A stretch of 64,000 nt of DNA from Gemmatimonadota bacterium (GCA_947462095.1 CANHNQ010000001.1:12929-76928), one strand, 5' to 3'; counted from the stretch's first letter, positions 1 to 10,374 are shown. Translations and numbers: made by a program. The notes: generated by a model from the letters alone, not told the origin.

Positions 1-634
1 GATGTGCGGCGTCGCGGACGTACGTCCATACCAGATACCCGGCAAAAATGCCGAGGGGCACGTTGATGTAGAAGATCCACGGCCACGCGTACGCGTCGAC
101 GATGTAGCCGCCGAGGGTGGGGCCGAGGGTCGGCCCCACCATCACGCCGACGCCGAAGATCGACTGGCCGATCCCGCGCTCGTGCGGCGGGAACGCTTCG
201 AACAGCGTGGTCTGGGCCGTGGACAACAACGCACCGCCGCCCAGTCCCTGGATCACGCGCCAGAAGACGAGGCCCCACAGCGACGTCGCCGCGCCGCAAA
301 AGAACGACGCGATCACGAAGATGGCGATGGAGCCTGTGAGGTAGTTGCGCCGGCCGAAGTACGACGACAGCCAGCTCGACATCGGAATCACGATCACGTT
401 GGCGATGATGTACGACGTGGACACCCACGCGATTTCGTCGAGCGTGGCGCCGAGCGTGCCCATCATGTGCGGGATCGCGACGTTGACGATCGACGTGTCC
501 ACGAGTTCGAGCACCGCGGCCAGCGTGACCGCGATGGCGATCAGGTACTTGTTCTTGTACGGATCGTCGATCACCGCTGACACCGAGGGAGCAGCGGCAA
601 TGGTTCGACCCGAGGGGAGCACAGTCGTAGCCAT
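1..634 (-). CDS. DHA2/EmrB-QacA family MFS efflux permease (3' part runs off the window)
   Basis: Manual minus-strand translation from ATG at 634: MATTVLPSG...LAAVLELVDTSIVNVAIPHMMGTLGATLDEIAWVSTSYIIANVIVIP...FGRRNYL...WRVIQGLGGG...GPTLGGYIVDAYAWPWIFYINVPLG. Not listed in the ORF track because it has no stop in the window. Confidence 0.93.
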   Translation of the reverse strand, partial: MATTVLPSGRTIAAAPSVSAVIDDPYKNKYLIAIAVTLAAVLELVDTSIVNVAIPHMMGTLGATLDEIAWVSTSYIIANVIVIPMSSWLSSYFGRRNYLTGSIAIFVIASFFCGAATSLWGLVFWRVIQGLGGGALLSTAQTTLFEAFPPHERGIGQSIFGVGVMVGPTLGPTLGGYIVDAYAWPWIFYINVPLGIFAGYLVWTYVRDAAH

Positions 635-646
635 GGCGTTCGTGCG

Positions 647-1681
647 TTACCGCACGATGACGTTCGCCAGCACGGACATCCCCGGACGCAGCGGCCGCTC
701 GGTGCCCAGTCCCTTCGTGATGCGGATGCGTACCGGCACACGCTGCACCACCTTCGTGAAGTTACCCGTCGCATTATCGGGCGGCAGCAGCGCGAACTTT
801 GCGCCCGTGGCCGATGCAATGCTCTCTACTTCCCCTTCAGCCGTCGCGCCGTAGGCGTCGATGTCCAGCTCGACCTTCTGCCCCACGCGGACGCGCGCGA
901 GCTGCGTCTCCTTGAAGTTCGCCGTCACGAATACACCGCTGTCCGACACGATCGACAGCAGCGTCTGACCCGCCTGGACGAGCTGTCCGACTTCCACCTG
1001 CTTGCGTGACACGATGCCCGAGAGCGGCGCCGTGATCGTCGCGTACGAGAGCTGGAGTGACGCGTTCTCCCGTGCCGCCTGCGCCGCCGCCAGCCGGGCC
1101 CGCGCCAGACGCACGCCCGCCTCGGCGTTCGATACGCCCGACGTCGCGGCACTCACCTGACGCTGCGTGGCCGTGAGCGTGGCCGACGCGGCGTCGAACG
1201 CCGCCTGCGCCGCATCCAGCTGCGCCAGGCTGATGATCTGCTTCGCCGACAGTTCCTTTGCCCGCGCAAGATCGCTCTGCGCCTTCACAACCTGGGCCCG
1301 CGCCGCGAGCACCTGCGCATCGCCGACCTCGCGCTGACTCGACGCGGTGCGCACCATCGCCGCGGCCTGGCCTTCGAGGCCGCCGTTGCCGGCCGCCGCC
1401 ACGGCCGCCGCATAGTCGGCCTCAGCTTGCGCCAGCTTCACCTGATATTCGCGCTCGTCAAGCGACACGAGCACGCCCTTGTCGTCCACGTGCGCGTTCT
1501 CGCCGACGTGCACCGTCATGACGTAGCCACCAACCTTCGCGACCACCGGGACAATGTGGCCGTCAACCTGCGCGTTGTCGGTTGATTCGTGCGACTGCGA
1601 AAACGTCCATCGATTGAACCCCCACACGCCGCCGGCGATAACCAGCGCGAGCGGGATGAGCAGGCGAATGTTCTTCTTCAT
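647..1681 (-). CDS. EmrA/HlyD family membrane fusion protein
   Basis: N-terminal TM, STDNAQVDG, coiled coil, FALLPPDNATGNFTKVVQRVPVRI signature. Confidence 0.95.
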   Translation of the reverse strand: MKKNIRLLIPLALVIAGGVWGFNRWTFSQSHESTDNAQVDGHIVPVVAKVGGYVMTVHVGENAHVDDKGVLVSLDEREYQVKLAQAEADYAAAVAAAGNGGLEGQAAAMVRTASSQREVGDAQVLAARAQVVKAQSDLARAKELSAKQIISLAQLDAAQAAFDAASATLTATQRQVSAATSGVSNAEAGVRLARARLAAAQAARENASLQLSYATITAPLSGIVSRKQVEVGQLVQAGQTLLSIVSDSGVFVTANFKETQLARVRVGQKVELDIDAYGATAEGEVESIASATGAKFALLPPDNATGNFTKVVQRVPVRIRITKGLGTERPLRPGMSVLANVIVR

Positions 1682-1725
1682 AAAAGCAAAGTATGGAGTA
1701 GGGAGTACGGAGTATGCCGGCGTGC

Positions 1726-3060
1726 TTACGGGAGCTTCTGGACTTCGCCCATCGCGCGGGCCAGCGCGACGCGGGACCCCTGGTAGCTCGCCAGGGCATC
1801 GTTGCGCAGCGTGCGTGCCTGATTGAGCGACAACAGCGCGGTGATCACATCGCCATTGCCCGCAACACCGGCGCGGAATCGCTCCTGCGCCTGCGACACT
1901 TCCTGTTCGGCGAGACGCAGGCGTTCGCGTACGGCGTCCACTTGTTCGAGCGCGGCACTGAGATCGAGCAGCGCCGCGCGGACCTCGAGGGTGCTCTGTG
2001 CACGCAGGTCACGCAGCCGGGCATCAGTTTCCCGCATGGCGGCGGCCTGCTCCTGCACCCGCCCCTGACGGCGGAAACCGTCGAACAGTCCGACCGACAG
2101 CTGCACGCCCCACGCATACGTGGGCAGCATGCGATTCCAGTTCTTGCCGATCACGCCCTGGTCGACCACCAGACCGAGTTGCGGCGTGCGTTCCCACTTG
2201 ATCGCGTCCGTCGCGCTGCGCTGGGCGGTTTCCTGCGCCAGCAGCGCCTTCACATCGGCGCGGGACTCGGTCGCGCGGGCCAGCGCGGTCGCGGCGTCGG
2301 GTGCGACATCGCCCACCGGCATGCCGGCCAGCGAGTCGGCCAGCGTGAGCGGCGCGTCGAGCGGCAGCCCCACCGCGCGCTTGAGTTCCAGCAGCCCGCG
2401 ATCGCGTTCATTGCGCGCGCCGATGATCTGGGCGCGCACATTCGCCAGCTGGGACTCGGCCCGGGTGACATCGAGGGCGATACCGGTACCAGCCTGCAGC
2501 TGATCGCGCGCGATGCGCAGCAGATCGGCCGCCAGCGCGGAGTCGGCGCGCCGCGAGGCCAGCTGCGCTTCGGCGCGCGCCGCGCGCACGTACACCGCGG
2601 CGGCGGTAGCCGCCGCGATGTCGGCCTGCGCCTGCACGTCGGCGCTGGCGGCCAGCACGGACGACTGCGCGGCCCGCCACTTCGCCACGTTGCCGAGGTC
2701 GAGCAATGGCTGCTGCAGCCGGTACCGCACGTCGACGGTGGGCACCGGTCCGATGATTTCACCGTCCGGGCGCAGCAAGGGCTTCCCATTCACGGGATTC
2801 ACGAAGGAGAAGCCGAAGGTCGCGGAGTTGATGTTGCGCTCGGCCTGCTGGATCCCGGCGGCGAGATCGGGAAAGAGGGCGCCGCGTCGTTGCGTCACGC
2901 GGGCCTCCGCCTGCGCGACGCGCTGACGGGCCACGTCCACGCCGCCGCTCTGTTTCGCGGCCAGGCGTGCGGCGTCGCCGAGGGAGAGGGCGCTCTGCGC
3001 GGGCAGGGCGTGCCCTGCCATCGAGAGGACGCCGACAAGGAGGGAAAGGCGTTGCGTCAT
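1726..3060 (-). CDS. TolC family outer membrane efflux protein
   Basis: Signal peptide, two OEP repeats, position in the efflux operon. Confidence 0.9.
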   Translation of the reverse strand: MTQRLSLLVGVLSMAGHALPAQSALSLGDAARLAAKQSGGVDVARQRVAQAEARVTQRRGALFPDLAAGIQQAERNINSATFGFSFVNPVNGKPLLRPDGEIIGPVPTVDVRYRLQQPLLDLGNVAKWRAAQSSVLAASADVQAQADIAAATAAAVYVRAARAEAQLASRRADSALAADLLRIARDQLQAGTGIALDVTRAESQLANVRAQIIGARNERDRGLLELKRAVGLPLDAPLTLADSLAGMPVGDVAPDAATALARATESRADVKALLAQETAQRSATDAIKWERTPQLGLVVDQGVIGKNWNRMLPTYAWGVQLSVGLFDGFRRQGRVQEQAAAMRETDARLRDLRAQSTLEVRAALLDLSAALEQVDAVRERLRLAEQEVSQAQERFRAGVAGNGDVITALLSLNQARTLRNDALASYQGSRVALARAMGEVQKLP

Positions 3061-3680
3061 GGGCGCAGGGCGTAGAGATAAAACTCGAGCATCTCGTCGA
3101 GCACTTGCTCGTCGCTGCCGAGTGTCTTGAAGAACTCACGGCGCGCACACCACGTGCTGTGCGACATCCAGATGGACGAGAACATGCGGGCTCCGATCTG
3201 CGGATCGATGTGGCGGAACTCGCCACGCTCGACGCCGCGGGCGATGATCCCCGACACGAGGCGACGCCCGCGGGCCATCACTTCGTCGGCGTAGAAGTGC
3301 ATGAGGTCGGGGAACTGTCCGAGCTCGAGTGAGACCAGGCGCTGAAGCACCTGCACGCGTTCGGTGCGAAGAAACGCCCACCACCCCCGTCCGAGCCGGC
3401 GCAGCTGGGCCTCAGCCGGCTCCGACTGCAGGCCAGCCTGCGACGCTTCGGCCTCGGCCAGCGCGGTCACGATCGTGGTGTGCACCATCTCGCGGAACAG
3501 CGCTTCCTTGTTCGGGAAGTAGAGGTAGATCGTGCCCTTGGCCACCTGAGCCCGCTTGGCGATGTCATCCAGACGGGCGCCGGCCAGTCCATGTTCGCCG
3601 AACTCATGGAAGGCGGCGTCGAGGATTTGGGTGGGTCGCTCTTCGGGCGCTCGCCGGCGATGGGATTCAGAGGTGGGCAC
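3057..3680 (-). CDS. TetR/AcrR family transcriptional regulator
   Basis: HTH motif LDDIAKRAQVAKGTIYLYFPNKEALF; 4-bp overlap with tolC. Confidence 0.95.
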   Translation of the reverse strand: MPTSESHRRRAPEERPTQILDAAFHEFGEHGLAGARLDDIAKRAQVAKGTIYLYFPNKEALFREMVHTTIVTALAEAEASQAGLQSEPAEAQLRRLGRGWWAFLRTERVQVLQRLVSLELGQFPDLMHFYADEVMARGRRLVSGIIARGVERGEFRHIDPQIGARMFSSIWMSHSTWCARREFFKTLGSDEQVLDEMLEFYLYALRP

Positions 3681-3695
3681 CGCAGGTAATTAATG

Positions 3696-3709
3696 ACTGA
3701 CCAGTCAGT
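3696..3709. promoter_or_regulatory. Candidate TetR operator ACTGAC-CA-GTCAGT
   Basis: Perfect 6-bp inverted repeat 15 bp upstream of the tetR start. Confidence 0.6.
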
Positions 3710-3740
3710 TAGTAAGTCCTTGGCGCGATGGCGGGATCGG

Positions 3741-3885
3741 AACGGCGAACTCCTTCGCGAGCAGGGAGGAGGGTGTCAGGGGGCAGGGAGCAGGGGCGGA
3801 CGCGGAAAAGGGCAGGACCGCGTTTCCGCAGTCCTGCCCCCTGCCTCCTGATACCCTCCCACCTGCCTACGAGGGAGTTCGGCTT
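3741..3885. repeat. Intergenic palindromic repeat, full copy (REP/MITE-like family)
   Basis: Arms GAACTCCTTCG..GCAGGGAGGAGGGTGTCAGG and CCTGATACCCTCCCACCTGCCTACGAGGGAGTTC; related copies at 7217, 10336, 11857 and 15440. Confidence 0.75.
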
Positions 3886-4065
3886 TTAAACAACCGGCAA
3901 GCTCACACTGACGCTCGCCGCCTTCTTCTCCGCCTCATGCCCCGCAAACGCCGCGTTGGTCCAGAGCACGATGCCATACAGGATCGCGCCGATGAAAATC
4001 GCGCCGCCGATCAGCCCGATGAACGCAGCGCCCTTGTCGCTGCCTTGCTGTGCATGTCCGCCCAT
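3886..4065 (-). CDS. Small single-TM membrane protein (~59 aa)
   Basis: GGAG RBS before ATG 4065; hydrophobic AAFIGLIGGAIFIGAILYGIVLW; follows the ppiase gene. Confidence 0.65.
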   Translation of the reverse strand: MGGHAQQGSDKGAAFIGLIGGAIFIGAILYGIVLWTNAAFAGHEAEKKAASVSVSLPVV

Positions 4066-4084
4066 CTGAGAACTCCGGAGAAAG

Positions 4085-4555
4085 TCAGTCGACGTCGGTG
4101 ACGCGCACCGACACCATGCCATCGTTCGCCACGATCGACGGGAGGAACTCGAGCCCCGTCGTGACCTTGCCGAACACCGTGTGTACGCCGTTCAGGTGAC
4201 GCGTATTGGCCTCGCTCAGCACGATGAAGAACTGGCTGCCGCCCGTGTTCTTGCCGGCATGCGCCATCGACAGCGCGCCCACATCATGCTTGTGCGGATT
4301 GCCGGCCGTCTCGCACGGAATCTGCCAGCCCGGGCCGCCGGTGCCGATCCGACGATCGCCGGCCGGGAGGTCGCGCGAGTACGGGTCGCCGCCCTGCACC
4401 ACGAACTCCTCGATCACGCGATGGAACTTCACACCATCATAGAAGCCCTGATTGGCGAGCTTCTCGAAATTCTCTACGGTCTTGGGCGCCTCGGCCGGGT
4501 ACAACTCGGCGACAAGGGTGCCCTTGGTGGTCTCGAACGTTGCCAGCTTGGCCAC
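4085..4555 (-). CDS. Cyclophilin-type peptidyl-prolyl cis-trans isomerase
   Basis: [50 protein letters not shown]; AGGAG RBS. Confidence 0.97.
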   Translation of the reverse strand: MAKLATFETTKGTLVAELYPAEAPKTVENFEKLANQGFYDGVKFHRVIEEFVVQGGDPYSRDLPAGDRRIGTGGPGWQIPCETAGNPHKHDVGALSMAHAGKNTGGSQFFIVLSEANTRHLNGVHTVFGKVTTGLEFLPSIVANDGMVSVRVTDVD

Positions 4556-4654
4556 TGTGTCTCCTGGATCCTATAGGGGTAGAAGCAGGGAAAACTAATG
4601 CGAGTACCGCGCATTGACAGGATCGCCCGCCGGGATGGGCGTTTGCGGGCGCGG

Positions 4655-5374
4655 TCAGTCGCACACCTCACAGGCCGGGCACACCGACTTCACGACACAC
4701 CCCGCACAATCCGGCTTTCGGGCAAAGCACCGCCTCCGTCCATGCCAGATCAGCAAGTGGCTCAGCAGCGCCCAGTCTGCCCGCGGAAACAGCGGCATCA
4801 GCGCCTGCTCGATCCCGATCGGGTCCGCCTCCCGCGTGAGGCCAAGCCGACGTACCAGCCGCTGCACGTGCGTGTCCACCACGATGCCTTCGTTGATGTC
4901 GAAGGCATTGCCCAGGATCACGTTCGCCGTCTTGCGCCCCACCCCCGGCAACGCGATCAGCTCGGCGATCGTGCGCGGCACATCGCCGCCGTACCGGTCC
5001 ACGAGCATGTTCCCCATCCCGATGAGGCTCTTCGCCTTCGCACGGTAGAAGCCGGTGGAGCGCACGATCTCCTCCACATCCTCCTGCGTCGCCAGGCGCA
5101 GCGCGTCGGCGGTCGGGTACCGCGCGAACAGCGCCGGTGTGACCATGTTCACGCGCACATCGGTGCATTGCGCAGACAGGATCGTGGCGCACAGCAGCTC
5201 GAACGGATTGCGATAATCCAGTTCGCAGTGGGCGTCCGGATACTCCGCCTTGAGGCGCTCCAGCACGACGTTGGCGATCGCCAGTTTGTCCGCCTTGGTT
5301 TTCGGCGACCGCGACACGGGTGCCGCCCGCTGCGACGGCTTCTGCCCGTGTGTCTTCGTCATGTTGCGCGCCAT
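4655..5374 (-). CDS. nth: Endonuclease III
   Basis: LSAQCTD, HhH LPGVGRKTANV, VDTHV, 4Fe-4S motif CFARKPDCAGCVVKSVCP. Confidence 0.97.
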   Translation of the reverse strand: MARNMTKTHGQKPSQRAAPVSRSPKTKADKLAIANVVLERLKAEYPDAHCELDYRNPFELLCATILSAQCTDVRVNMVTPALFARYPTADALRLATQEDVEEIVRSTGFYRAKAKSLIGMGNMLVDRYGGDVPRTIAELIALPGVGRKTANVILGNAFDINEGIVVDTHVQRLVRRLGLTREADPIGIEQALMPLFPRADWALLSHLLIWHGRRRCFARKPDCAGCVVKSVCPACEVCD

Positions 5375-5376
5375 CG

Positions 5377-7155
5377 TCAGCCCTGCATCACGCGCATCGG
5401 CGCCGGAGTGACCGCCGTGCGATCACGTCGTGCCCGCGCATAGGCCAGCACCTCATCCGCCGTGCGCGTGTTCAGCACGTCGGACGGCGTGAGCCACCCT
5501 TTGCGCGCGTTCGCGATGCCGAGTTCGAGATGCTCGAAGCCCTGCGGTGAATGGGCGTCGGGGCCGATGCTCACCAGCGCGCCCCGCTCCTGCGCCATGC
5601 GGCAGGCACGCCAGTCGATGTCGAGGCGATGCGGGTCGGCGTTGAGCTCCATCGCCACGCCCACCGCGCCGGCTTTCTCGATGATGGCGCCGATGTCGAT
5701 GGCGTACGGTTCACGCGTGAGCAGCAGGCGACCCGTGGGATGCCCGAGAATCGTGAGATGCGGATCGTCGAGTGCCTTGAGTACGCGGTCCGTCATCTGA
5801 CGCTCGTTCATGCCGTAGCGCGAGTGCACCGAGCCGATCACGAAGTCGAAGCGATCGAGAAATGCCGCGTCGTAGTCCACGCGCCCGCAGGGGAGGATGT
5901 CCGCCTCGATTCCCTTGAGCACGCGAAACGCGATCCCGTTGGCCAGATAGTGCGCGTTGAGTGAGTCGATCTCGTCGTGCTGCCGCAGAATCGCGTCACG
6001 CGACAAGCCGCCGGCATACGTGTTCGACTGCGAATGGTCCGACACCCCGAGATAGCGCAGTCCGCGCGCCCGGGCGGCGCTGGCCATGTCGTCGATCGTG
6101 GCCCCGCCGTCGCTGTAGTGCGAATGGCAGTGCAGGGCGCCCACGAGATCACCCTCGGCAATCAGCGTCGGAAACGGCCCCCGCGCGGCGGCCTCCACTT
6201 CACCCATCGCTTCGCGCTGCTCGGGCACCACGTAGGTCAGCCCCAGTCGCGCATACAGCGCCGGCTCGTCGGGGACCGACACCAGCGCACCCTCGCGGTC
6301 GCGCAGTTCATCGCCCGCCAGCACGAAGCCCAGTGATGCGGCGCGTTCGGTGATCTGGCGGACGTGCGCACTGCTCCCGGTGGCGCGCCAGAGCGCCAGC
6401 GCAAACTGCTCCGGGCGCACGCACGAAACGTCCACGCGCACCCCGTCGTCGAGCCGCAACGACAGCGTGCGCCCGCCGCCGCCCAGCACTTCCTTCACGC
6501 CCCGCAACTGGGCGAACGACGCCGCCACGACGCTGGGGCTGCCGCGTACCGCACACACTACATCCACATCGCGCACGATCTCCATGCGCCGGCGGATCGA
6601 CCCGGCGATCTCGAGCGCGAGGACATCGGGGTGCGCGCGAATGGCGTCGGCAATTCGCTCCGCCTCCGCGCGGCCATGCTGCCAGAGCACGTAGGCACCC
6701 GTGGCCCGCAAGTCGGCAATCCCTTTGAGGATCTTCTCCGCCGTCTTCGTGCCGAACTTCGGCAGTTCGGCCAACCGCCCGTCACGCGCCGCCACCTCGA
6801 GTTCCAGCAACGAGTCGATGTGCAGCCCGTCGTGAATGGAGCGAATGCGCGACGGCCCCAACCCGGGCACGCGCAGCATTTCCAACAGTCCCTCCGGCGT
6901 CTCTTCCTGCAACCGCTCCAGCAGTGCCGAGCCGTTGCTGGCCGCGAGGTCACGGAGGACCTCGGTCGCCGCCGGCGCGATCACCTCCGCCGAGGCCAGT
7001 TCGCGCGCGAGCGCCTCCCCCAGATCCGTCTCACCATGCGACGCCACCGCGCGGGCCGCGGACTGCATCGCCCGTACCGAAAACCGATCCTCATCGTGTA
7101 GCTCGAGGAGGGTGGCAATCTGGGTCAAGGCAAAGGCGGCGGAGCGGCAATCCAT
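5377..7155 (-). CDS. polX: DNA polymerase X with C-terminal PHP domain
   Basis: HhH (VPGLGP), AGSIRRR..RDVD, third Asp in VRVDV, TGS; PHP motifs HCH, SDH, GIE, SVH, GHP, DAH. Confidence 0.95.
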   Translation of the reverse strand: MDCRSAAFALTQIATLLELHDEDRFSVRAMQSAARAVASHGETDLGEALARELASAEVIAPAATEVLRDLAASNGSALLERLQEETPEGLLEMLRVPGLGPSRIRSIHDGLHIDSLLELEVAARDGRLAELPKFGTKTAEKILKGIADLRATGAYVLWQHGRAEAERIADAIRAHPDVLALEIAGSIRRRMEIVRDVDVVCAVRGSPSVVAASFAQLRGVKEVLGGGGRTLSLRLDDGVRVDVSCVRPEQFALALWRATGSSAHVRQITERAASLGFVLAGDELRDREGALVSVPDEPALYARLGLTYVVPEQREAMGEVEAAARGPFPTLIAEGDLVGALHCHSHYSDGGATIDDMASAARARGLRYLGVSDHSQSNTYAGGLSRDAILRQHDEIDSLNAHYLANGIAFRVLKGIEADILPCGRVDYDAAFLDRFDFVIGSVHSRYGMNERQMTDRVLKALDDPHLTILGHPTGRLLLTREPYAIDIGAIIEKAGAVGVAMELNADPHRLDIDWRACRMAQERGALVSIGPDAHSPQGFEHLELGIANARKGWLTPSDVLNTRTADEVLAYARARRDRTAVTPAPMRVMQG

Positions 7156-7216
7156 GCGTGAAATCTAGCGTGGTTCGCGAGTGGGCACTGGCAATCCGCT
7201 TGTGATGTGCGGTTCT

Positions 7217-7256
7217 GAACGCTGCGAACTCCCTAGGTAGCAGGGAGTTCGCTGTT
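7217..7256. repeat. Short hairpin, minimal member of the palindromic repeat family; possible terminator
   Basis: GCGAACTCCCT-N7-AGGGAGTTCGC (7224-7252); same terminal arms as 3741-3885. Confidence 0.6.
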
Positions 7257-7257
7257 C

Positions 7258-7713
7258 CTAGCCCTCGATGCCCGCCAGATGCCGCATCTGCCGCACCAGC
7301 GCCTGCATCTCCTCCTCCGTCAGCGCCATCTCCTGCTTGGCGGCCTCACCATCGAGGAGCCCCGTGCGCACGCTCACCGCCACCCGGTTCATGTAGCGCA
7401 CCTTCGCCAGCATCTCCATCGTGATCTGGCGCAGCCCGTGAAATCGCCGCTTTTCGGCGTTCGCGCGACGATAGCGTTGCACCAGCTCCTCCACGCGGAG
7501 CGAATGGGCCAGCTGCTCTACCGCGTGCTGTGTGCGGCCCGGCAGCACGCCGCGATCCGGGATGCCGTTGTCGGTCCACCCCTGTTCGGCGAAGAACAAG
7601 CGGCCCACGAGTTCGATCCCGTCGTGCGCGGTGTGCAACGTGACGCGCACCGCGCGGCCATCGACGTCAATCGTGGTGAGCGGAGTGTGGGTGACCGGAC
7701 CGAAGGGGACCAT
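7258..7713 (-). CDS. Hypothetical protein
   Basis: Open frame with typical codon usage in a minus-strand run; start uncertain. Confidence 0.65.
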   Translation of the reverse strand: MVPFGPVTHTPLTTIDVDGRAVRVTLHTAHDGIELVGRLFFAEQGWTDNGIPDRGVLPGRTQHAVEQLAHSLRVEELVQRYRRANAEKRRFHGLRQITMEMLAKVRYMNRVAVSVRTGLLDGEAAKQEMALTEEEMQALVRQMRHLAGIEG

Positions 7714-8608
7714 GGCTCTCAGCAAGGAATCGACGTACCGCGGTGAACAAGCGCTCCGGCTGTTCGACATAGGGCACGTGGCCGCAGTCGTCCAGCACCA
7801 TGAACTCGGCGCTCAACGACTGCGCAGCGGCGGCCGCCGAATCGAGCGGGATGGGATCCTGTCGACCATGAATGACGAGCGTCGGGCAGTGGACGCCACG
7901 TAACCCGTCGCGCAGATCGAACGCCCCGAGACTCTCCCATACGGACTGTTGCACGCGCCCTGTGACGCGGAACGGCGTGAGCGCGCGCGCACGGGACGGA
8001 TCGGCGAAATATCCGGCGACACTCAGTTCGAAGCCCCGCTGGCGATACGCCGCAGGGTCACGCTCGCGAAGCCCGGAGGCCGCCAGCTCCTCACGCATGG
8101 CCAGAATCTCCGCGCTGCGACCGCGCGCGGACAGCGAGGATTCGAACGTGTCACGCCATGCCCGCGTGATCGGCGCGGGAGACACCAGCACAAGACGGGC
8201 CGGCGCACGCCGCGTATCGCCGTCTTGGGCGCACTGGATCGCGTACAGCATCGCCAGCAGCGCCCCCCACGAGTAGCCGATGATCGTGGGCGGCATGAGA
8301 CCGAACTCCGTGACGACTCTGGCGAGATCGTCGACCTGCGTCTGCCACGTAATCGGGGCCGGATCGTCGGTCTTGGATCGGCCGCCGCCCCGCTGATCGT
8401 AGGTGATCACGCGATACGTGTCGGACAGCGACAGCATCTGCGGATACAGATAGTCGTGATGCGCGCCGGGTCCACCGTGCAGCAACAACAGCGGTGGGGC
8501 GCCGGGCGGACCATCGGCCCGCCAGTAGAGCGGCGCGTCGGTCGTCTGGGTGACGCCATCCGTGGTCGGCTCCGAGGACGGCATGGCGGCAAGCTCGCGG
8601 TGTTCCAT
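7667..8608 (-). CDS. Alpha/beta hydrolase (proline iminopeptidase-like)
   Basis: HGGPG, YDQRGGGRS, GYSWG nucleophile, GRQD, CGHVP; start 8608 chosen from TATCTT-N6-ATG. Confidence 0.9.
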   Translation of the reverse strand: MEHRELAAMPSSEPTTDGVTQTTDAPLYWRADGPPGAPPLLLLHGGPGAHHDYLYPQMLSLSDTYRVITYDQRGGGRSKTDDPAPITWQTQVDDLARVVTEFGLMPPTIIGYSWGALLAMLYAIQCAQDGDTRRAPARLVLVSPAPITRAWRDTFESSLSARGRSAEILAMREELAASGLRERDPAAYRQRGFELSVAGYFADPSRARALTPFRVTGRVQQSVWESLGAFDLRDGLRGVHCPTLVIHGRQDPIPLDSAAAAAQSLSAEFMVLDDCGHVPYVEQPERLFTAVRRFLAESHGPLRSGHPHSAHHD

Positions 8609-8670
8609 GATCGGAAGATAAGTGTCGACCACCATCGCCATCGATAGGCGCGCTTCGTAACTTCCGGCAC

Positions 8671-10338
8671 ATGGCTCCCCTTGGCTACCGACGCAGCACG
8701 CCGAACGCGACCACGACCGACAGCGGCATGCAGCGGTCTGTGCCCGACGGCCGGTCGTCGCGTGCCGTGCTCCGTGCGTTGGCGCTGCTCGTCGATCGCG
8801 TGGTCACCGTGCAAGCCCTCCGTCCGCCCGATCTGGCCAGCGAGATCGATGCCGAACTCGTGATGCAGCCGCTGGTGCGTGATGCGCTGCGCCAGCTCAC
8901 GGCGCGCTCGCGCGACGGGGCGTTGCTGTGCCGAATTGCCGACGGACAGATGGTGCTCGAAGGCGTCCCGATCGACCGACGTCTGGCGGCCGACGACCCA
9001 CTGTTGGACGGCCTCCTGCGGCGTGCGCTCGCCCTCGGCGTCGGAGCGATCACGGTGCGCCAGGGCGCGTCCCCTGGCGAACTGCTGACGCTCGCATCCC
9101 TCTTCGCGCAGCCGTCTCGGGGCGGCGAAGCGGCGCGCCCGATCGCGGGGGAGACGCCGAGTACGATGACCCGTGCCGTCCTGCACGACGAACCGCCGCG
9201 CGAGCTGCTGCGGTCGTGGAGTATCCTGGTGACCCCGCTGCGGCCGGGCGCCGAACCACCGCCGCGATTGACGCCGTTCAGCTCGGCGGTCATCGACGAC
9301 CGCGGGTTCGGCACCAGCACCGCCGGCGGCAGTGCGGTGGCCGGTGCGCTGACCCGACTCGCCGCCGCACGCACCGATGACGCGGCGCTGGCCGCCGGCG
9401 ATCTGCTGATCGAGCTCATCGACGGGGCGGAGCTCCGCGGCGACGCGCAGACGATCGAGTCCATCGCCCGGGCCACGATGCAGCACGTGCACACGGTGGG
9501 TGGCGGCGGAGGACGGCTGGGCAGCGAACGCATCATCCGACGGCTGCTGCACCGCGCGTCACTGGCGCTGCTGGCCACCCGCGTGCCCTACACGCCCGAG
9601 CGTACCCTGACGCTCGAGCTCATGGCCCGCGCCGGCGACGCGGCGGTCGAGGTGCTGGTGCATGAGCTCATGAATGCGCAGGAGAGCCAGGCGCGTCGTG
9701 CCTACTTCGACAGCATCGTCGCGCTCGATCTCAACGCCACCATGCTGTTCGATCTTGTGCGCGACAGTCGCTGGTTCGTGGCGCGCAACGCGGTTGCGCT
9801 GCTCGGTGAGATGGGGGTGGAGCAGGCCGACGTGGCCATGCTCCCCTTGCTCGGGCACGACGACGATCGCATTCGCATTGCGGTCGTCCGCGCGCTCATG
9901 CGGGTCGGCACGGCCAAAGCCATGCACGGCCTGCACGGCGCGATCGACGACACGCATCCCGAAGTGCGCCGTATCGCCGCTGCCGCGTATGGGATGCCTG
10001 GCGGAGGCGGTGGTGGCGTACGCCCGCCCGCCGCCCGGCTGGCTGCGGCGCTCGACAAGGAGCGCGACGAAGACGTGGCGCTGGAGATGCTCGCCTCCCT
10101 CGGCAAACTGGGCAGCGCCGACGCGATTCAGCGGTTGCTGCGCATCGCCCAACCCGCGGCCGCGGCCGAGCCGGGCGAACGTCAGACCAACCGCGATGCG
10201 TGGATTCGCATTGCGGCCCTCGAGGCCCTCGTTCGCGCACGCGGTTACGCCGTGATGGGCGCGATCGATTCGCTCGCCGGTGACGCCGATCCTGAAGTGG
10301 CGGCGGCTGTCGTTCGGTTGCGGGCTACTATCGCGTGA
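8671..10338 (+). CDS. HEAT repeat domain protein
   Basis: C-terminal HEAT-like units (RWFVARNAVALLGEMG, DDDRIRIAVVRAL, HPEVRRIAA, DPEVAAA). Confidence 0.8.
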   Translation: MAPLGYRRSTPNATTTDSGMQRSVPDGRSSRAVLRALALLVDRVVTVQALRPPDLASEIDAELVMQPLVRDALRQLTARSRDGALLCRIADGQMVLEGVPIDRRLAADDPLLDGLLRRALALGVGAITVRQGASPGELLTLASLFAQPSRGGEAARPIAGETPSTMTRAVLHDEPPRELLRSWSILVTPLRPGAEPPPRLTPFSSAVIDDRGFGTSTAGGSAVAGALTRLAAARTDDAALAAGDLLIELIDGAELRGDAQTIESIARATMQHVHTVGGGGGRLGSERIIRRLLHRASLALLATRVPYTPERTLTLELMARAGDAAVEVLVHELMNAQESQARRAYFDSIVALDLNATMLFDLVRDSRWFVARNAVALLGEMGVEQADVAMLPLLGHDDDRIRIAVVRALMRVGTAKAMHGLHGAIDDTHPEVRRIAAAAYGMPGGGGGGVRPPAARLAAALDKERDEDVALEMLASLGKLGSADAIQRLLRIAQPAAAAEPGERQTNRDAWIRIAALEALVRARGYAVMGAIDSLAGDADPEVAAAVVRLRATIA

Positions 10339-10374
10339 TACCCTCCTCCCTGCCTCCGAAGCCGGCGGCCGTTG
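10336..10374. repeat. Half copy (right arm) of the palindromic repeat
   Basis: TGATACCCTCCTCCCTGCCTCCGAAGCC matches 11943-11970 TGACACCCTCCTCCCTGCTTCCTAAGCC. Confidence 0.7.

Noticed and set aside
7189-7204. TGGCAA-TCCGC-TTGT sigma54-like sequence
   Set aside because: The -12 GC is mismatched and it points at the 3' end of a convergent gene.
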